A stretch of DNA of 64,000 nucleotides, from positions 20,471,292 to 20,535,291 of the forward strand of contig OZ316898.1 in the NCBI GenBank assembly GCA_973895155.1, written 5' to 3'. Both the position numbers and the translations under genes were made by a program. Source of the DNA: Marsupella aquatica. Its lineage: Eukaryota > Plantae > Marchantiophyta. Below, piece after piece: positions 38,501 to 53,500 of the stretch; position 1 is the stretch's first letter; the number at the start of each line of letters is the position of its first letter. The notes below the pieces were generated by a model. The model had not been told where the DNA came from. It searched no databases and worked only from the letters and a program-made list of their open reading frames with translations.

Positions 38501-41500
38501 GAGCGCCACTCGTATGGAATGTGCGTTAGGACTTTTAGTATTCAAGCTAGCATCCTCGTTATTTTATTGCAATGCTGATATTCTGACTTTCTCGGCTCTT
38601 AATAGGTAGAACGTGTACTGCCTCTGCTGAGGTCTCCAATTGTCGACAGCGATGCTTATGATACAATGGAGAAGCTGACAAGCTGTGTTGCCCCACCTCT
38701 AAGGCCTTTAGGATCTGATCTTGCGGCAGCTCTCCGGTTGATCTCCACCTTAGCTCCTTCAGTTTTAAAAGATCTGGATGGTCCAGCACCGACAGATGCA
38801 CGGAAGAATAAGCCCGGTGTGGTGGAGAGAGTTGTTGGTGGACTTGCAGTTGCTTGCAAGCAAGGGCCTTTGCCGCCGCCATCATTTGCTTTAGTTTTTC
38901 CGGTCTGTAACTCTACTACTCTTTCCTAGGCATCATTTTGATTTTGGATTGCGTAATGATGCTGGAGTAATATTTATCCCTAAAGGTTTCTCACAGCTCT
39001 TTCACAATGACAATCTCGAAGTCCTTTGCTCATTTTGCATCGTTTTGGATGAACAGATAGTGGAGCAAACACTTTTTTTCCCTCAAAAGACCAGACTACA
39101 TGATGATCTTCTTCAAGTTCTATCCTTGCATTGCTCGCCAAATATGCCATTACCTCGCCTGAGAATGATTGCTGTGAGTCAAATAACTCCTGTAGGTTAA
39201 CGAAGTATTCGTCAGGAATTTTCTGTTGATCCCAGCTATGAGGAGTCTCACCACATCTGCACTTTGAGTCGAATGTGAAACTTGTGGATTGAGTAGAAAG
39301 TTGTGGAGTTTGCTTGTTTTCCCAGTACACTGGCTACTTTGTTTTGAAGATTATCGAACTTGCGGAGTATGTGCTAGACTGACGAGTGATTTTAGGTCTT
39401 AAGTTAGCCTGTCCGGACTTGGTTACAGCTGACCAGGATGTTCATGTCATCCTTGTTCGAATTAATTGCAGGTACTATATCATGTTCTGGGTTGTGTTCC
39501 GGCATATCAATCGCGCATAACCTTAATGGTAGAGGAGCTCTGTGAAGGCTTGGAAGCAAATGACATACCAGAGGTGGGAGATCTTGTTTAAACTGCTTCA
39601 TATGATGGACTTTTCTCGGGACAAGTCTTGTTGTTCATATTCATTCGTCTCATTCAGTCGCATTAGAAACAATCAACTTCGAAGTGAGAAGGACCTAGGA
39701 TGTCGGTGGCGCTTTAACCTGGATCTGGTTCTGATTTGCACAAGTTAATTGTGATGGACAGGCACTTTCTGGTGTATACTCCAAACATGTACATGTCAGA
39801 TCTGTGTGTCTGAGTGCTCTAAAGTCTGTCCCAGCGCTTGCAAAGCAAACAGCTCCACCAAATGCTAAAACTGCAACGGCTCTTTGGATGGCAATGCGTG
39901 ATCCTGAGGCGGTAATATATATGTGCCCTAGTTTGAATTTTCAATTTAAAATGTGGGTACAGTCTCTGGACCTCAGATCTTCACCAATATAAGCTTTGCA
40001 CGGCAACTTAAGCAAAGGGTATTCAATTAGCCTAAACATCAATCTATGTTTTCCAAGAGATATTGTAGGGATTCATTTTAAGTCAATCGTGTGTTAGTCA
40101 ACGAGACAAAGCTTGATCCCAGTATGTTGTGATCAGCTCGTCTTACCAAGAAAGGTTACAATTGCCTTGAGGAAGGTTAGCCTTACGGAATCTCGCTTTA
40201 AACAGCTTTCTGTTTTACAGAAGACCATCATCGGGCACCAAGTGCATACATCTGATTATACGGCAACAGCACTGTAGTTGAACATGCTTTTCGGATAGAA
40301 TGTCTTACGTACTCTCAACTTTGCATGAATGTTTTCTTCAACCGCAGGAAATTGCGGAATTGGCAGAAGAAGTATGGGATCTCTATGGCCATGATCTTGG
40401 GACAAATTATGCACAAGGACTCACCAAAGCCCTTGGCCATGTGAATTTCAATGTGAGACAAGCTGCAGCGGAGGGACTAGCTGATGCAATGGATGAGTAC
40501 CCCAACACTGTCCAGGTATCCATAGCTGATGCAATGGATGAGACCCCAAACACTGTCCAGGACAGTGTGAAATATTTTTATAAGATTGATACAACAGTAT
40601 TTTATGCATATTTGAATCTTTTAAAGATCGTAATGCATCAAGTACGTGTTTTTGCTCTGTATCAAAATAGTGAGGTTTATGTTGTGACTTAGGCAAGTAG
40701 TTATGCAAATTGAGGTTTTGTTTTTACTAAATATCGAGCTGCGGCATATCTCTGCACCTCCAGCTTTGAGCTAAAGTGAGCCTTACCATGTACCAAATCT
40801 GTTCCTTGTGCAGGAAACTCTTTCATCTCTGTTTTCGTTGTACATCAGAGACCTTCCAATTGGTCACGGAGATGTAGATCCCACTTGGTATGGAAGACAG
40901 GGAGTAGCATTAGCACTGCTCGCAGCAGCGGATGTGCTGACCGTCAGGGATCTTCCTGTGGTTGCTACGTTTCTTATATCACGAGCTCTGGTATAAAGCC
41001 TTAAACGATGTGACTTGTATAATTGTAATCGTAAGATGCGAGAAAGCAACCTGTCTTTCGTGGTTTGTGCACAACTGCTAACTGAAGAATCCATACCAAG
41101 CATGCTGTGCAATTATCTATTTGAAGGGTGTACTGAAAGGAAACTTGCAGGCAGATTTAAACCAAGATGTCCGCTTCAGAATGGTGGATGCTGGTGTTGC
41201 AATAGTAGACAAACAAGGGAAAGATAATGTTGGCCTTCTACTCCCTATTCTTGAAAACTATCTGGAGAAAAAGGTATCATATTTCTGACAATGTTTCACA
41301 GTTGCAGTTATTCATATGATTTATTGAATGCTTTGACGATATGGAGAGCTGATTTGGTCTAGCAACGATGGTCTTGGGGCAAGAGCAAGCAATTGAAGAC
41401 GTCGTTAACAATTTGGGTTTTGTGGTGGGCAGTCAGCTGATGAAGAGAGATATGATCTTGTTCGTGAAGGGGTGGTGATATTTTTAGGAGCTCTTGCAAA

Positions 41501-44500
41501 ACATCTGTCAGTGGTGAGTGGAATCTTTTCCTCCAAAGATTTCAGTATTAGCTTTCGATGCACACGCTCAAACGTACACTGGCCATGCTCACGCCTTGCC
41601 AGACTCTCCTGCACCCGCAACGCCTCCACCTCCGCAGATCCCCTAGATGGTCAGACAATCTTTGACACGTATATGCCAAGGCATGGTTCACTGTCTCCTG
41701 AACATATGACATTGCAAATGGGATGCCGTTCCATGGTGCCTGTCCCTTTGACAGACGCGCCTCTACATCTAGGCTTGCAATGGCCCAGTCCTCAATCTCG
41801 GGCTCAATGGACTCTAGAATCAAATTTGTTCCGTTCTGAGAAGCTAGAAAAGAATCACTATAAATAGAAAGTGGCTCAGAGAAGGGGAACTCATTTCTCT
41901 GGGCTTAGACCCTTAGTTTGTCTCCAAACTGTACTGTTAGCATATTTACTGTACTGTTAGCATGTTTATTGTATCATACTGGATTTGACTGACCTGCCAT
42001 GCTGTCATAAGAAATGGTATGCCAGTTTCACTTTCCTTGCGACTTATTCTTTGACATGTACTCGCATTATCGCACGGAATGAGATTTCTTTTAAGGAATT
42101 GCTTTCTGCAGTGCCTCAACGTGCATGGCATGTTCACTATTGCACACAAATGCTGCCATTGGGCTCATCACGTCATCGCTTTGTAGGATGACTCAAAAGT
42201 AAATGCAATTTTGGAAAGATTGCTTGAAGTGCTGAATACTCCTTCAGAATCAGTGCAGCGGGCCGTTTCGAATTGCCTACCGCCTCTGATGGCATCCCAA
42301 CAGGTACGGTTCTTGACAAGGATGGTGACAGCTTCAATTAGCATTATGACGACAATAAGATATTTCCAAGAAGTGATTTCCCTTTGATCTTGCTCTGAAG
42401 CAATATCGGTCTACACTTCAAAAGCAGACTTGATTCTTCTGGAGAAGTGACCAAGGCTACTTTTCATTTTGGATCGGCTCTCTCAGAAGTGCTCACCTGT
42501 ATTCACTCTCATACATGTGCTGGCAGGAGAATGCCCAGGTTCTTGTCTCGAAACTCTTAGACCGCCTCCTGAAGAGTGACAATTATGGAGAAAGGCGTGG
42601 GGCAGCTTTTGGATTAGCAGGTGTTGTGAAAGGGCTGGGACTCTCTGCTCTCAAGCGTTACGGAATTATGGACACGTTGAAGGCAGGGGTTGAAGATAAG
42701 TAAGTAGTTTCTGTAGTACCTGACTAAAATGACTTGGTAGTTCATCGTTTCTCTCTGAATTAAATAAGAATTACAAGCGGTCAGGAAGGAAATTATTGAT
42801 TGGTGGGACATGAGCCGTTCTGAGTGATAAGGTTCGCCAGGTAGTGTCAAACTTGTCACTGGCACATAATACTGTTCAGCGGTGTGCCTAGAAATTATTT
42901 TATGAAATGTTCTTATGAAGAGGCCTGATTGAGAATGTACATTGTGAAGCAATCTTAGTTCATCTGACCGCTCTCTTGTTGACTAATGGACAGAACTTCT
43001 GCCAAAACTCGGGAGGGTGCATTATTTGGGTTTGAATGCCTTTGTGAGAAACTCGGTCGATTGTTTGAACCGTAAGTTGCCGCAAACTTATTGACCTTTG
43101 TCATTACAGTGTAATTATACTCACCTTGTGCTTGATGCACGGGTTATTGTTATTGCTGGTGGTCGACGATGGATAACGACTATTATGATTATACGGCTTG
43201 CAGATATGTGATACAGATACTACCACTTTTACTGATCTGCTTCTCAGATCCAGTCGTAGCGGTGCGTGAGGCTGCTGATGCAGCAGCCCGTGCAATCATG
43301 GCCCAGCTCAGTGGGCAAGGCGTGAAACTTGTTCTACCAGCTTTACTCAAGGTACAGTTGACTTTCTTCAATGTAACAGAAGATTTTGAATGGCAGCTTT
43401 ATTGGCAATTTATTGCCAGCCTGAATGAATTGTGTTACGTGCAATGCCAGGCAAGCTACTCAACAGTCGTTCTGTCTTTCAACCTCTTTCTTTTTGTTTA
43501 TCTGCCCTTGAGTTACTGTTTTCTTTGCTTAGCCTTCATTTGAGATCATTTTTGGACGATCCTGTAGCAACATTTGGATTGCAGTTGTCTTACTCATCGT
43601 GTGGAAAGCTTGGCAAAGAGTGCTCTAATTGACATAACGCATTATTACATACTCCTCACGTAGGGGCTGGAGGACAAAGCATGGAGAACAAAGCAAGGCA
43701 GCGTACAGCTTCTGGGCGCCATGGCCTTTTGTGCCCCACGACAGTTATCTCAATGTCTTCCTACAATTGTCCCTAAGCTCAGTGAGGTTGGCGATTTTAT
43801 CCTCGTTCGGTCTCTTGTGGGAGATGAAAGAATAGCTTCTTCGTCTATTACGACTATGGATTGCACTTTCTTTATCTCAACTGTATTGTTGTAAGTAGAA
43901 GAGTTGAATGTCTTCGAGGATCGATAAAACCTTGCTCTCTTGTTGATTGTATTTTCCAAGAAAGCCCTTGGAACCTTTGCGTCTGTCGGTTTCTTTTGGA
44001 TTTGACGATAGTTTTGCAATCGCACTCATTGAGATCTAATTGGTTGGACTCTTTGCAGGTGCTGACAGATACTCATCCAAAAGTCCAGTCAGCTGCACAG
44101 ACTTCGCTGCAACAGGTTCGACACCTTGTCGCAAATTCAGTCTATTTGATATTTCATTGCCATGTGCATTATATGGTTTCAGGAAAATCAGTGCAAATTA
44201 TTTTTTCATAAAGTGAAAGGTAGTGCAAAAGTCGAGGTTGGTCTGAGTATAAGTCAGTTCCGTACAGTTTTCTACTTGCTTCTATGCAAGGTGCCAAGTA
44301 GAAAATAATGCGTTCTGAGTAAATTCTAAGGTCGATCAAGCAGAGTCAAAGACGACACTTCTATTAAAAGAGTTGACCTCGCGTTCGATTTTGAAGGCGT
44401 TCTAATCAGGTTAACCTGGCTATAATCGACAGCTTAAAAATTAGTGAACGATTTGGAGAAAATTTCAAGTGAAATAGAGGAAGGCCATGCAGTCAATTCC

Positions 44501-47500
44501 TTTTGTTGTTGACTTACAACTGGAGTCAATTTGTGACTTTATTGACCGGTGAGTTGCGTCATCTACGTCTTGACAGGTTGGCAGTGTCATAAGGAATCCT
44601 GAGATTGCGGCCCTTGTACCAACTCTGCTTGTAGGAATCGCAGACCCAAATGATCACACCAAACCGTGTCTTGATCTTCTTCTTCAGGTAAGTGAAGATA
44701 GGGGCCTTCAAGTATCTGGTTGAGAAATCTTTTGAGCAGGTCATGGATCGAAGACAATGCATCCGTTATGATATTCGGTGTTCATTTTTGTATAGTAACT
44801 TTGCATACTACCTGGATTAGTAGTTCATTTTTTGGTTTTAATGGGTGTGAAAGCTTTTAGGAGCGTTGAGAATTATTCCAGAGGCTCTGTGTGAGACTCA
44901 TGTTTTATCCAATGAGTGATGGTTTACAATCTGATTTGTCTATGTTGGTTATCAATCAGACTACCTTCGTGAACTCGGTTGATGCCCCGTCTTTGGCATT
45001 ACTGGTTCCCATAGTGCACCGTGGTCTGAGAGAGAGAAGTGCAGAAACCAAGAAAAAGGCAGCTCAAATTGTTGGGAACATGAGTTCTTTGGTGACAGAA
45101 CATAAGGATATGCTACCCTATTTGGGCTTGCTTCTACCGGAGGTTAAGAAGGTACAGTGTGTATTTGCCATTACATTGCCCGGGAAATCCTTGTTATCGA
45201 GAAAATTGGTATAATGCTAGTCATTGATTAATGTGCGCTGGTTTTGATTTTTCTTGCTCTAGTAGTTTCAGTCTTACACCTCATACAAACGCATTTACCT
45301 TTCTAGCTGACATGAAGTTTATTGTTCTTTGTGTCAAGGATTCGTGGCTGGTCATTGTTATGCATCTTTCCAATTTCTTTTGTTTTGGTTTGAGAAACAG
45401 GTTCTTGTGGATCCAATTCCTGAGGTGCGCACTGTGGCAGCAAGAGCTCTGGGTTCCCTGATCAGGGGCATGGGAGAGGACAATTTCACAGATTTAGTTC
45501 CCTGGTTGTTGGAGACACTCAAGTCAGAAACAAGTAGTGTTGAACGATCTGGAGCAGCCCAAGGTCTCAGTGAGGTATGTTATCGAGGACTTACAGGCTA
45601 CCTGCAAGCCACATATTTGTGCAAATCGTTGGCGAAGCCTAACCGACCATTGGACCATGCAGGTACTTGCTGCAATAGGCACAGACTACTTTGAGTCACT
45701 CTTACCGGATGTTATACAAAATTGTTCCCACCAACGTGCTGCAGTTCGTGATGGCCATCTTACACTTTTTAAGGTGAGCCAACATGTTGTGACAAGTTGG
45801 ACTCGGCAGACTGTATTTGAGATGTGTTCTAGAGCAGGGAGTTTTTCAGCAATGATGATTCCATGTGTCTACGGGTTTCCCTCTTTGTGCTAATAATGGT
45901 TTTCTTGGCTTCTTGTTCCTTCTTCTGAGCAGTACCTTCCTACAGCCCTTGGGCCCATGTTTCAGCAATACCTACAACGAGTTTTGCCTGCAATCCTCGA
46001 TGGTACACTTCATCACCTTCATAACAGTGCTTTCAATGATCCAGCTGACGTCTTTTACCTCAATTTAATGACCATTATTACTTTCCAGTGCAGTATCAAA
46101 GCTGGCATTTTTTGGACATTTTGCAGGGCTAGCGGATGAAAATGAATCTGTACGGGATGCAGCGCTAAGTGCTGGACATGTTCTGGTTGAGCACTATGCA
46201 ACAACGTAAGCCCCTAAAATAAATGATCCTGATCCCTGCATGAATAGCCGTCAGTGGAGACCTAAGCTAGAAATCGTGTCGTTGTATTTCCCACAAAAGA
46301 TGAGCACAAAATCCCAGCCATACTGAATTGTTGCCCAGTTCTACACAAATGTGAATCTCAGGCCTCTTATTATTACCCATTTTTCATCATTGGGGTATGG
46401 CTGTTTTTCTCAATGTTGTGCTTGGTTTTCCTATTCTCATCAGTTCCATTAGCACCCAGGGTAGTCTAAAGGCTACGTCATGCCGATCTAATTCTCAATT
46501 TAGAACCGATGATGTTCCCCGGCCTGAGGTCTTAGAAGTTTCCAAAAGCATAGAAGAAGGCCACAATCATGATGTGTGCATCCTCAGTAAATTTTAGTCG
46601 TTTTCCGTGTAATTTAATGCAGTTTCATGGATTGCAAGTTTACGATACTGCATACTTAGAATCTCATCAGCTGATTATTTTCGGTGCTCTCCAGATCTCT
46701 ACCGCTCTTACTACCTGCAGTGGAGGAAGGAATATTCAATGACAATTGGCGAATTCGCCAGAGCTCTGTGGAACTCTTGGGTGATCTCCTTTTCAAGGTG
46801 TTCCTCATCTCGATCTTAGTACTTCTGTCATACAAACTCTGACAGGCCTCTCTGTTGCAACTGCTTTTCCGAGGTCCTGAAGTTGTGTAATGTTATATAT
46901 TGGATTTAGGTGGCTGGAACGTCTGGCAAGGTGGTTTTAGAGGGTGGAAGTGATGATGAAGGTGCGAGTACAGAAGCGCACGGTCGTGCAATTGTTGATA
47001 TTTTAGGCAAAGAAAGACGCAACGAGGTTCTTGCCGCTGTATACATGGTTCGGTCAGATGTCAGCCTGACTGTTCGCCAGGTATTTTCTACCCAGAAATG
47101 CGGACTTTACTATGGTTGAAAATTCCTTATCAAGAACTAAAACTGTTACGTTTACAATTTTTACAGCACTTGAAATAATTTGAGAGTCAGAGCATGAATG
47201 AAGTGATTTTAGTCATTTTTAAAGCCTCAGAAACAGTAGGTTCTTCTAACAGTTTCAACTAGAATTTTTCGTTTTTGCTGGATTGGCTAAAATTGATCCT
47301 CTGATTGGTTCAGGCTGCGTTGCATGTGTGGAAGACTGTGGTTGCTAATACTCCTAAAACGTTGAAGGAGATTATGCCTGTTTTGATGAGTACTCTCATA
47401 TCCTCATTAGCGTCAACATTCTCTGAACGACGACAGGTTTGGCCCATATTCTTCCGTGGAAGGTCAATCATGTTATATGGACCGGTCTCCGTTTTCCGTT

Positions 47501-50500
47501 ATGCGTATGGCTAAATATCGTCGTAACACTGCACTAATTAGAGCAATGTTGGCCAGGTTGCAGGTCGGTCACTTGGTGAGTTGGTTCGTAAGTTGGGTGA
47601 GAGGGTACTTCCTTCGATCATACCTATTCTGAGCCGTGGACTGGAGGACAGCAATGGAAACACACGACAGGTTGGTCGACGATATTGGACTAATAGATCA
47701 AGTAGTTGGTTGGCAGGTGGTCTCTCTTTGGGTGTTTCATATCACCAAGTAGATTCTCATGGGGTAGCCTTTATATGCACCTGATTCTAATCAATCCTCC
47801 TTCATTTGTAGGGTGTTTGCATGGGACTCAGTGAAGTCATGGCAAGTGCAGGAAAGCACCAGTTACTGGCTTACATGAGTGAGCTCATTCCCACTATCCG
47901 GACTGCCCTCTGTGACAGGTATGACTTCCGACAATTTCAGAATATACTGTTTTCCATTAAGCTTGCATCGCAATACTATCGGGTCCACTGGTCTAGAGCT
48001 GTGATCTGTCTCTAGAGAGCATATCAGCCATGATCTCTTAGCTAATCGTTTGTCTGTTTTGAACTTTTGTGTCCCTTTTCAGTGAACCGGAGGTTCGTGA
48101 GGCGGCAGGCTTGGCATTCAGTACCCTCTTCAAGGTTACCTCCAGCCTAAATTGCATTGTTTTTGAAACCTGGCCGCTGATTTCATCTCTATCATGGCCA
48201 TTTGCAGTAGGTGCCGATGCATTGACGATAAGGAACGAATTTAACAGATTATGGTTACTCCCTAACACAGTCAGCGATTTGTGGATGAACCACAGAGTGC
48301 TGGGCTGCAAGCAGTTGATGAGATTGTGCCATCTCTGCTTCATGCTTTAGAAGATGACAGCACCTCAGCCACTGCACTCGATGGATTGAAACAGATTCTC
48401 AGGTAAATGAGTCACCTGTTCGCTCTAGGGCCTCCTTGAAGCCATCTTAATTTCAAATGATAAGTTACTGCAGTACTTGCTCATACGGTGACTAACGGTG
48501 TTTTGTGAATCAGCGTTAGGACAGCTGCAGTACTCCCTCATATTCTACCAAAGCTGGTTCAGCCACCACTAACGTAAGGACCTCTTTTGTATTTTTCTCC
48601 TGCACTCAGACTTGTTTGTCTGTGTCAAGTGTGCTAATAATCTAGGCGTCAAAAAATTAGATTATGGTTTCCCTTCTGGGAATCCCTTTGAATTGTTGTT
48701 CGCTTCATGATTAATTTGAAAGCCATTTTTTCAAAGTCTTTAGTAGGTGCCATCCAACTCTTGTTGTACCTGATGGTTTTGTATTGTGACAGAGCATTCA
48801 ATGCACACGCACTGGCAGCTCTGGCAGAAGTTGCTGGACCTGGTCTAAATACACACTTGTCCACGGTGTTGCCTCCCCTTGTCTTGGCTATTGGCGACGC
48901 AGATGAGGTATGTTCGGTCGCAAGACCGTTTTCAAGGTTTATTCGTTTTTATGTACCATGCGCAGGTGACGTATCTATTGTTTCACCAGGTTGTTGTTCA
49001 CAAATTCCTGATTGCCTGCTGCAGAACTTGGCTTCAATGACAAAACGAGCTGCAGAGACGGTCGTCATGGCCGTTAATGTTGAGGGGCTTGACGCCTTAA
49101 TCTCTGAGCTAGAAAGAGGCTTGGGAGACCCACAGGTGGGCAATTTACTTCACAATGGTAAAGCATACTAGACGCTTTGTCTGTCGAGAATGTGATTGGC
49201 ATCCTAGAAGGAGTCTTTCTTATCCCATAAGTGGGACACTTTGTCTTTTCCTGAAGAATAGAATGTTGGTGTCTATAGGTGGCTTTAGAACGAATGTGAG
49301 TAATCTATTGGACATCATACATCCTTCTTGACAATTAATCTTTGACTGCTCAGGCCGCCGTTCGGAGGAGCTCAGCTTATCTCACAGGGTTTCTGTTCAA
49401 GAATACTAAGCTGGAGTTGGATGAGGAAATACCAAATCTTCTCACAATGTTGATTGTCATGTTAACTGATAATGATGATTTGACCGTCAAGGTATTTATG
49501 TCCGCATATCTTTCTAGTTACCTGTTTGGCGTTTACAGTCAGTTCTCTCAATATGAGGGTTTAGTACCATGTTTACAAAAAAATAGGGGATTGCGGACAA
49601 TATTCCTATACTTCCGAACGCTAGTTATCGTTAGCCACAGCTCAACTAAATGCACCACGGTTCATAAGCTTCTTTCCTTTGGGGCAAAATGGTATTCGTA
49701 AACAACAAGGAAGAATTTATCTGCAGAAACTTAGTCCTTTCACGTGACTGATTTGGATTGCTGGGTTCAGGCTGCATGGGAAGCCTTGGGGAATATTACA
49801 GGCACAATTCCAAAAGAAAATCTCCCCTTGTACATCAAGGTAGTTCGAGATGCTGTTTCCACAGCAAGAGACAAAGAGCGTCGCAAGCGTAAGGTAGGAG
49901 GATTTGACATGATCTTCAAAACGCAGAAAATATAAGGTTACTGCAGTGTACTTCCCATTACGAAAGCTAACCCAGGAATTTACCTTCGTAGCGCTCTCAT
50001 TAGTTCATCTTAGTGCTTTTGTCAAGTTGCTGAAATTGGGAAGTGCTTCGAAACGTCTGTATAGGGTGGTGCAATCACAATTCCTGGATTCTGCCTTCCC
50101 AAAGCCCTGTCACCCGTTTTGCAAATCTTTCTTCAGGTACAACTCATATCTTTCTTTCGTATTACATATCCCTGTGTGTCAGCCGCAATGATGAAGCTAG
50201 GACTGGTCAATTGTCTCAAACTGTGGCCATGAAGTGGTCGTTTCATGTAGCATCTAGTCGGTTTAAATCCTCAATTGTGTTTTTACTGAGTGGGACCCCG
50301 ATGCAGGGACTGACAAGCGGGTCCGCTGAGCTAAGAGAGCAGGCAGCAGAGGGCCTTGGGGAACTCATTGATGTCACTAGCGAGGGAGCTTTGAAGCCTT
50401 TTGTGGTTCCAATCACTGGGTATGGGAACGTGGTGTGGGTCTGCTTTTGTGCGAATGCTGTCTTCTTTGGACAACAGCACAAATGGTCTCTCAGCTTGCA

Positions 50501-53500
50501 ATCATCTTCTACAGAGCCTGTTGCAATTCAACAAGAAAAACTGACACTTTTGTTTGTGCCGGCAGTCCCCTTATCCGAATCATTGGCGATAGGTATCCAT
50601 GGCAAGTGAAGAGTGCCATTCTAGCAACTCTTGGCATTATCATCAGCAAAGGTGGCCTTGCACTCAAACCTTTCCTACCACAGCTTCAAACTACATTCAT
50701 GAAATGCTTACAAGATAACACGAGGTAAGTCTATTGAGAAACTTTACTCTTGATAATTCATGAGGTTTAGACCACTAGCAATATGTTCTTGTTATTTCAA
50801 GTACAGTACTCCTGAACCTGGCTCCTCGTGGCCATATAGCTGCCACACCTGCGGTTTTGAACCTTTTCCACTGGCTGAAGTACTTACTTCTGCTTGTTTG
50901 CAGGGCTGTAAGGGCAAGAGCAGCTTCAGCATTGGGAAAGCTTATACGCATGAGTGCTCGAGTTGATCCCTTGGTTGGTGACCTCCTGTCTGGCATTCAG
51001 GTGCGTCCCCTCAATCTCTGATTCGAGTTTTACTGGTAAGCACCTTAATCAGATGGTTTCGAAATTCCTCATTCTAATCTGTTTTGTCATGCGAACTAAC
51101 ATGTTCCAGCAGTTCATTATCAAGATAGAAAGTCTGATTCATTCGGTTGCAATGAAGTCCCCTTTCTTCAATTCAATTTTTTTGACATGTCACGGAGCAC
51201 CCTGGTACATGGGATTTTCTTGAAGGGAATGACCTTTGAATACTAGTTTCAATTTAAGGAACTTAGCAAAACATGAAGCAGGGCAAGCAGCCTGTCTTTA
51301 GTATCTGATGAAAATTGTGTGTCCACAGTCAGCTGAAGGAGGAGTCAGGGAGACCATGTTGGAGGCACTCAAAGGAGTCGTGAAGAATGCCGGTAAGAGT
51401 ATCAGTCCACCAGTGCTGGAACGGGCAGCCACAGCATTGCAAGAGCTCCTTCAGTCAGACGAGGACGACGTGCGAGGCTCTGCTGCAAGAACCCTAGGAA
51501 TTCTCTCTCAGGTAGGACCTACGAGGCCTACACCTTTCCTTTTGCAAGATTATTGGTAATGTTCCTGAGCAGTCAATTTCTTCCCAAGACCGGAAATATG
51601 TTAGCTAAAGCCTTAACTAGAGTGGTAATTGGTCGCTAAAACTTATTTATCTGATGGTCCCGCCACGCTTCTTTATATCAATTTGAGGGATGGAAATCTG
51701 GATGCTGTGATTGTTGGCAGTATCTTGGAGACTCAGAATTTGGCACCCTGTTCAAATCAATGTCAACATCTGCACCTTCAGCTGCATGGACCCTTCGCCA
51801 TGGGACAACCCTAGTCCTGGCCTCAATATTAAGGCACGCTGTGTCTCGAGTGTGTGACTCTCCAACTTGGCTATCGGGCGTCCTTGCTGCTTTGCAATCC
51901 AGAGCAAAAGATGACAAGGTTAGACTTCTGACTACGTGTAGTCCTGTCTGGAAATTCCTGAAAACAGTGGATCAGCCTAATCTATGAGGGACAGCCCGCC
52001 TTTCTACGACTTCATGCGCTAAGTGGACTAAAGGTCGGCAGGAGTTTCCATTTGTAGCAGGCAGATGGCAATTTAGATGTGCTACATTCGGGCAGCCCAA
52101 AGCAGTCTTACTAGCCACTTGATTTACTTGGTCAAGTGCTCTACTGCCAGGGATGTCTGAAATCTCACATGCATGACGGAGGTATGCGTATGTTCTTCAC
52201 TGTTTGAAATCAGAAAACAACACAAGAAAGTTGTCTAGAGCCGTCCTGCTTTAAAGGTATCAGTGATTTAATCTGTGTCAAACATCAGGTTCCTGTACGA
52301 GAGAGTATTTCAAAGGCCTTGGGTAGGCTTCTTGTGTATCAAGTAAGAGATCGCCAATCACCCTCATCGACTGCGGAGTTGCTGCCAGTGCTTGTTACAC
52401 TCTTGCATGATGACTCAAGTGATGTACGAAGAAGAGCACTGAGCAGTTTGAAATCGATTGCGAAGGTACTTTCTAGGCACAAAAGCATATCGATATTGAA
52501 AACTTTTGGTTGTTGAAGTACTGCAAAATTTGGATTGTGTCTCACGTTTCCCGATTGAGAAGTTCGTTTGGTTCCCTAATTGAAGATTATGGTGAGTCTT
52601 GTGCAGTCAAATGCAGATGTGCTGAGTCCCTTCTGGAGCACGTTGGGACCTGCGGTTAGAGATTGCTTGAAAGATAGTAGTACTCCTGTCCGACTGGCAG
52701 CAGAGCGTTGTGCATACCATCTATTTCAACTTTCAAGAGGTAAGGAGCCAGTACTCGAAGATTGTGTTATTTCTCGCCTACTGTGAGATCACCAAATGTC
52801 ATGATATTAGTCTGACACTTCTTTTCAATGTTTTCCAGGGGCAGACAATGTGCAAGCCTCACAAAAGTACCTTACTGGACTGGATGCTAGGCGAATTTCA
52901 AAGCAGCCAGAATTAAGGTTTGAGTCAAATTCACCTTGGATGAACGAATTATGTTCTACGGTGTTCTATATTCTCGTTTTCTGTAAATGTATACCTTCGA
53001 AACATTGGAAATTTCAGGTCTTGACGCTCTTAATCCGACAGCACGGGCCTCATTTCTTTTAAAGGATGATTCCGCATTATCATGACAGAAAGATGGGACA
53101 AGCTCGGATGTAGAGGGAGCTTCTTGTACTGTAACATTTGTAATAGTCAAACAAGAAGAGGTGTCTAATTACCATCAGTCAGTATGGCAAGGTAGCCAGG
53201 AGCGATTTACAAACTATCGCTGCCAAGTTCAGTGTCAAGGGACCAACTTCTTCTAGAGGGCTGGAGGGATTTTTTATGGACTACCTGATATGAGACTTTA
53301 ATAGGGATTCCCTTTTTGGATCTCCACTGGAACTTCCGTACATTCAGCTTGAAAAGTAGCATACGGGAGTGGTTTATTGTCCCGTGTCAATAAGGAGGTT
53401 TATGAAATGATCTCCGAACGTGTTCCAGTGGATCATTCCGGGACGTGATCTGTCCCAAGATTTTTGCCTCAACTGTAGTTTTGGGGATATCGATGGAGCG

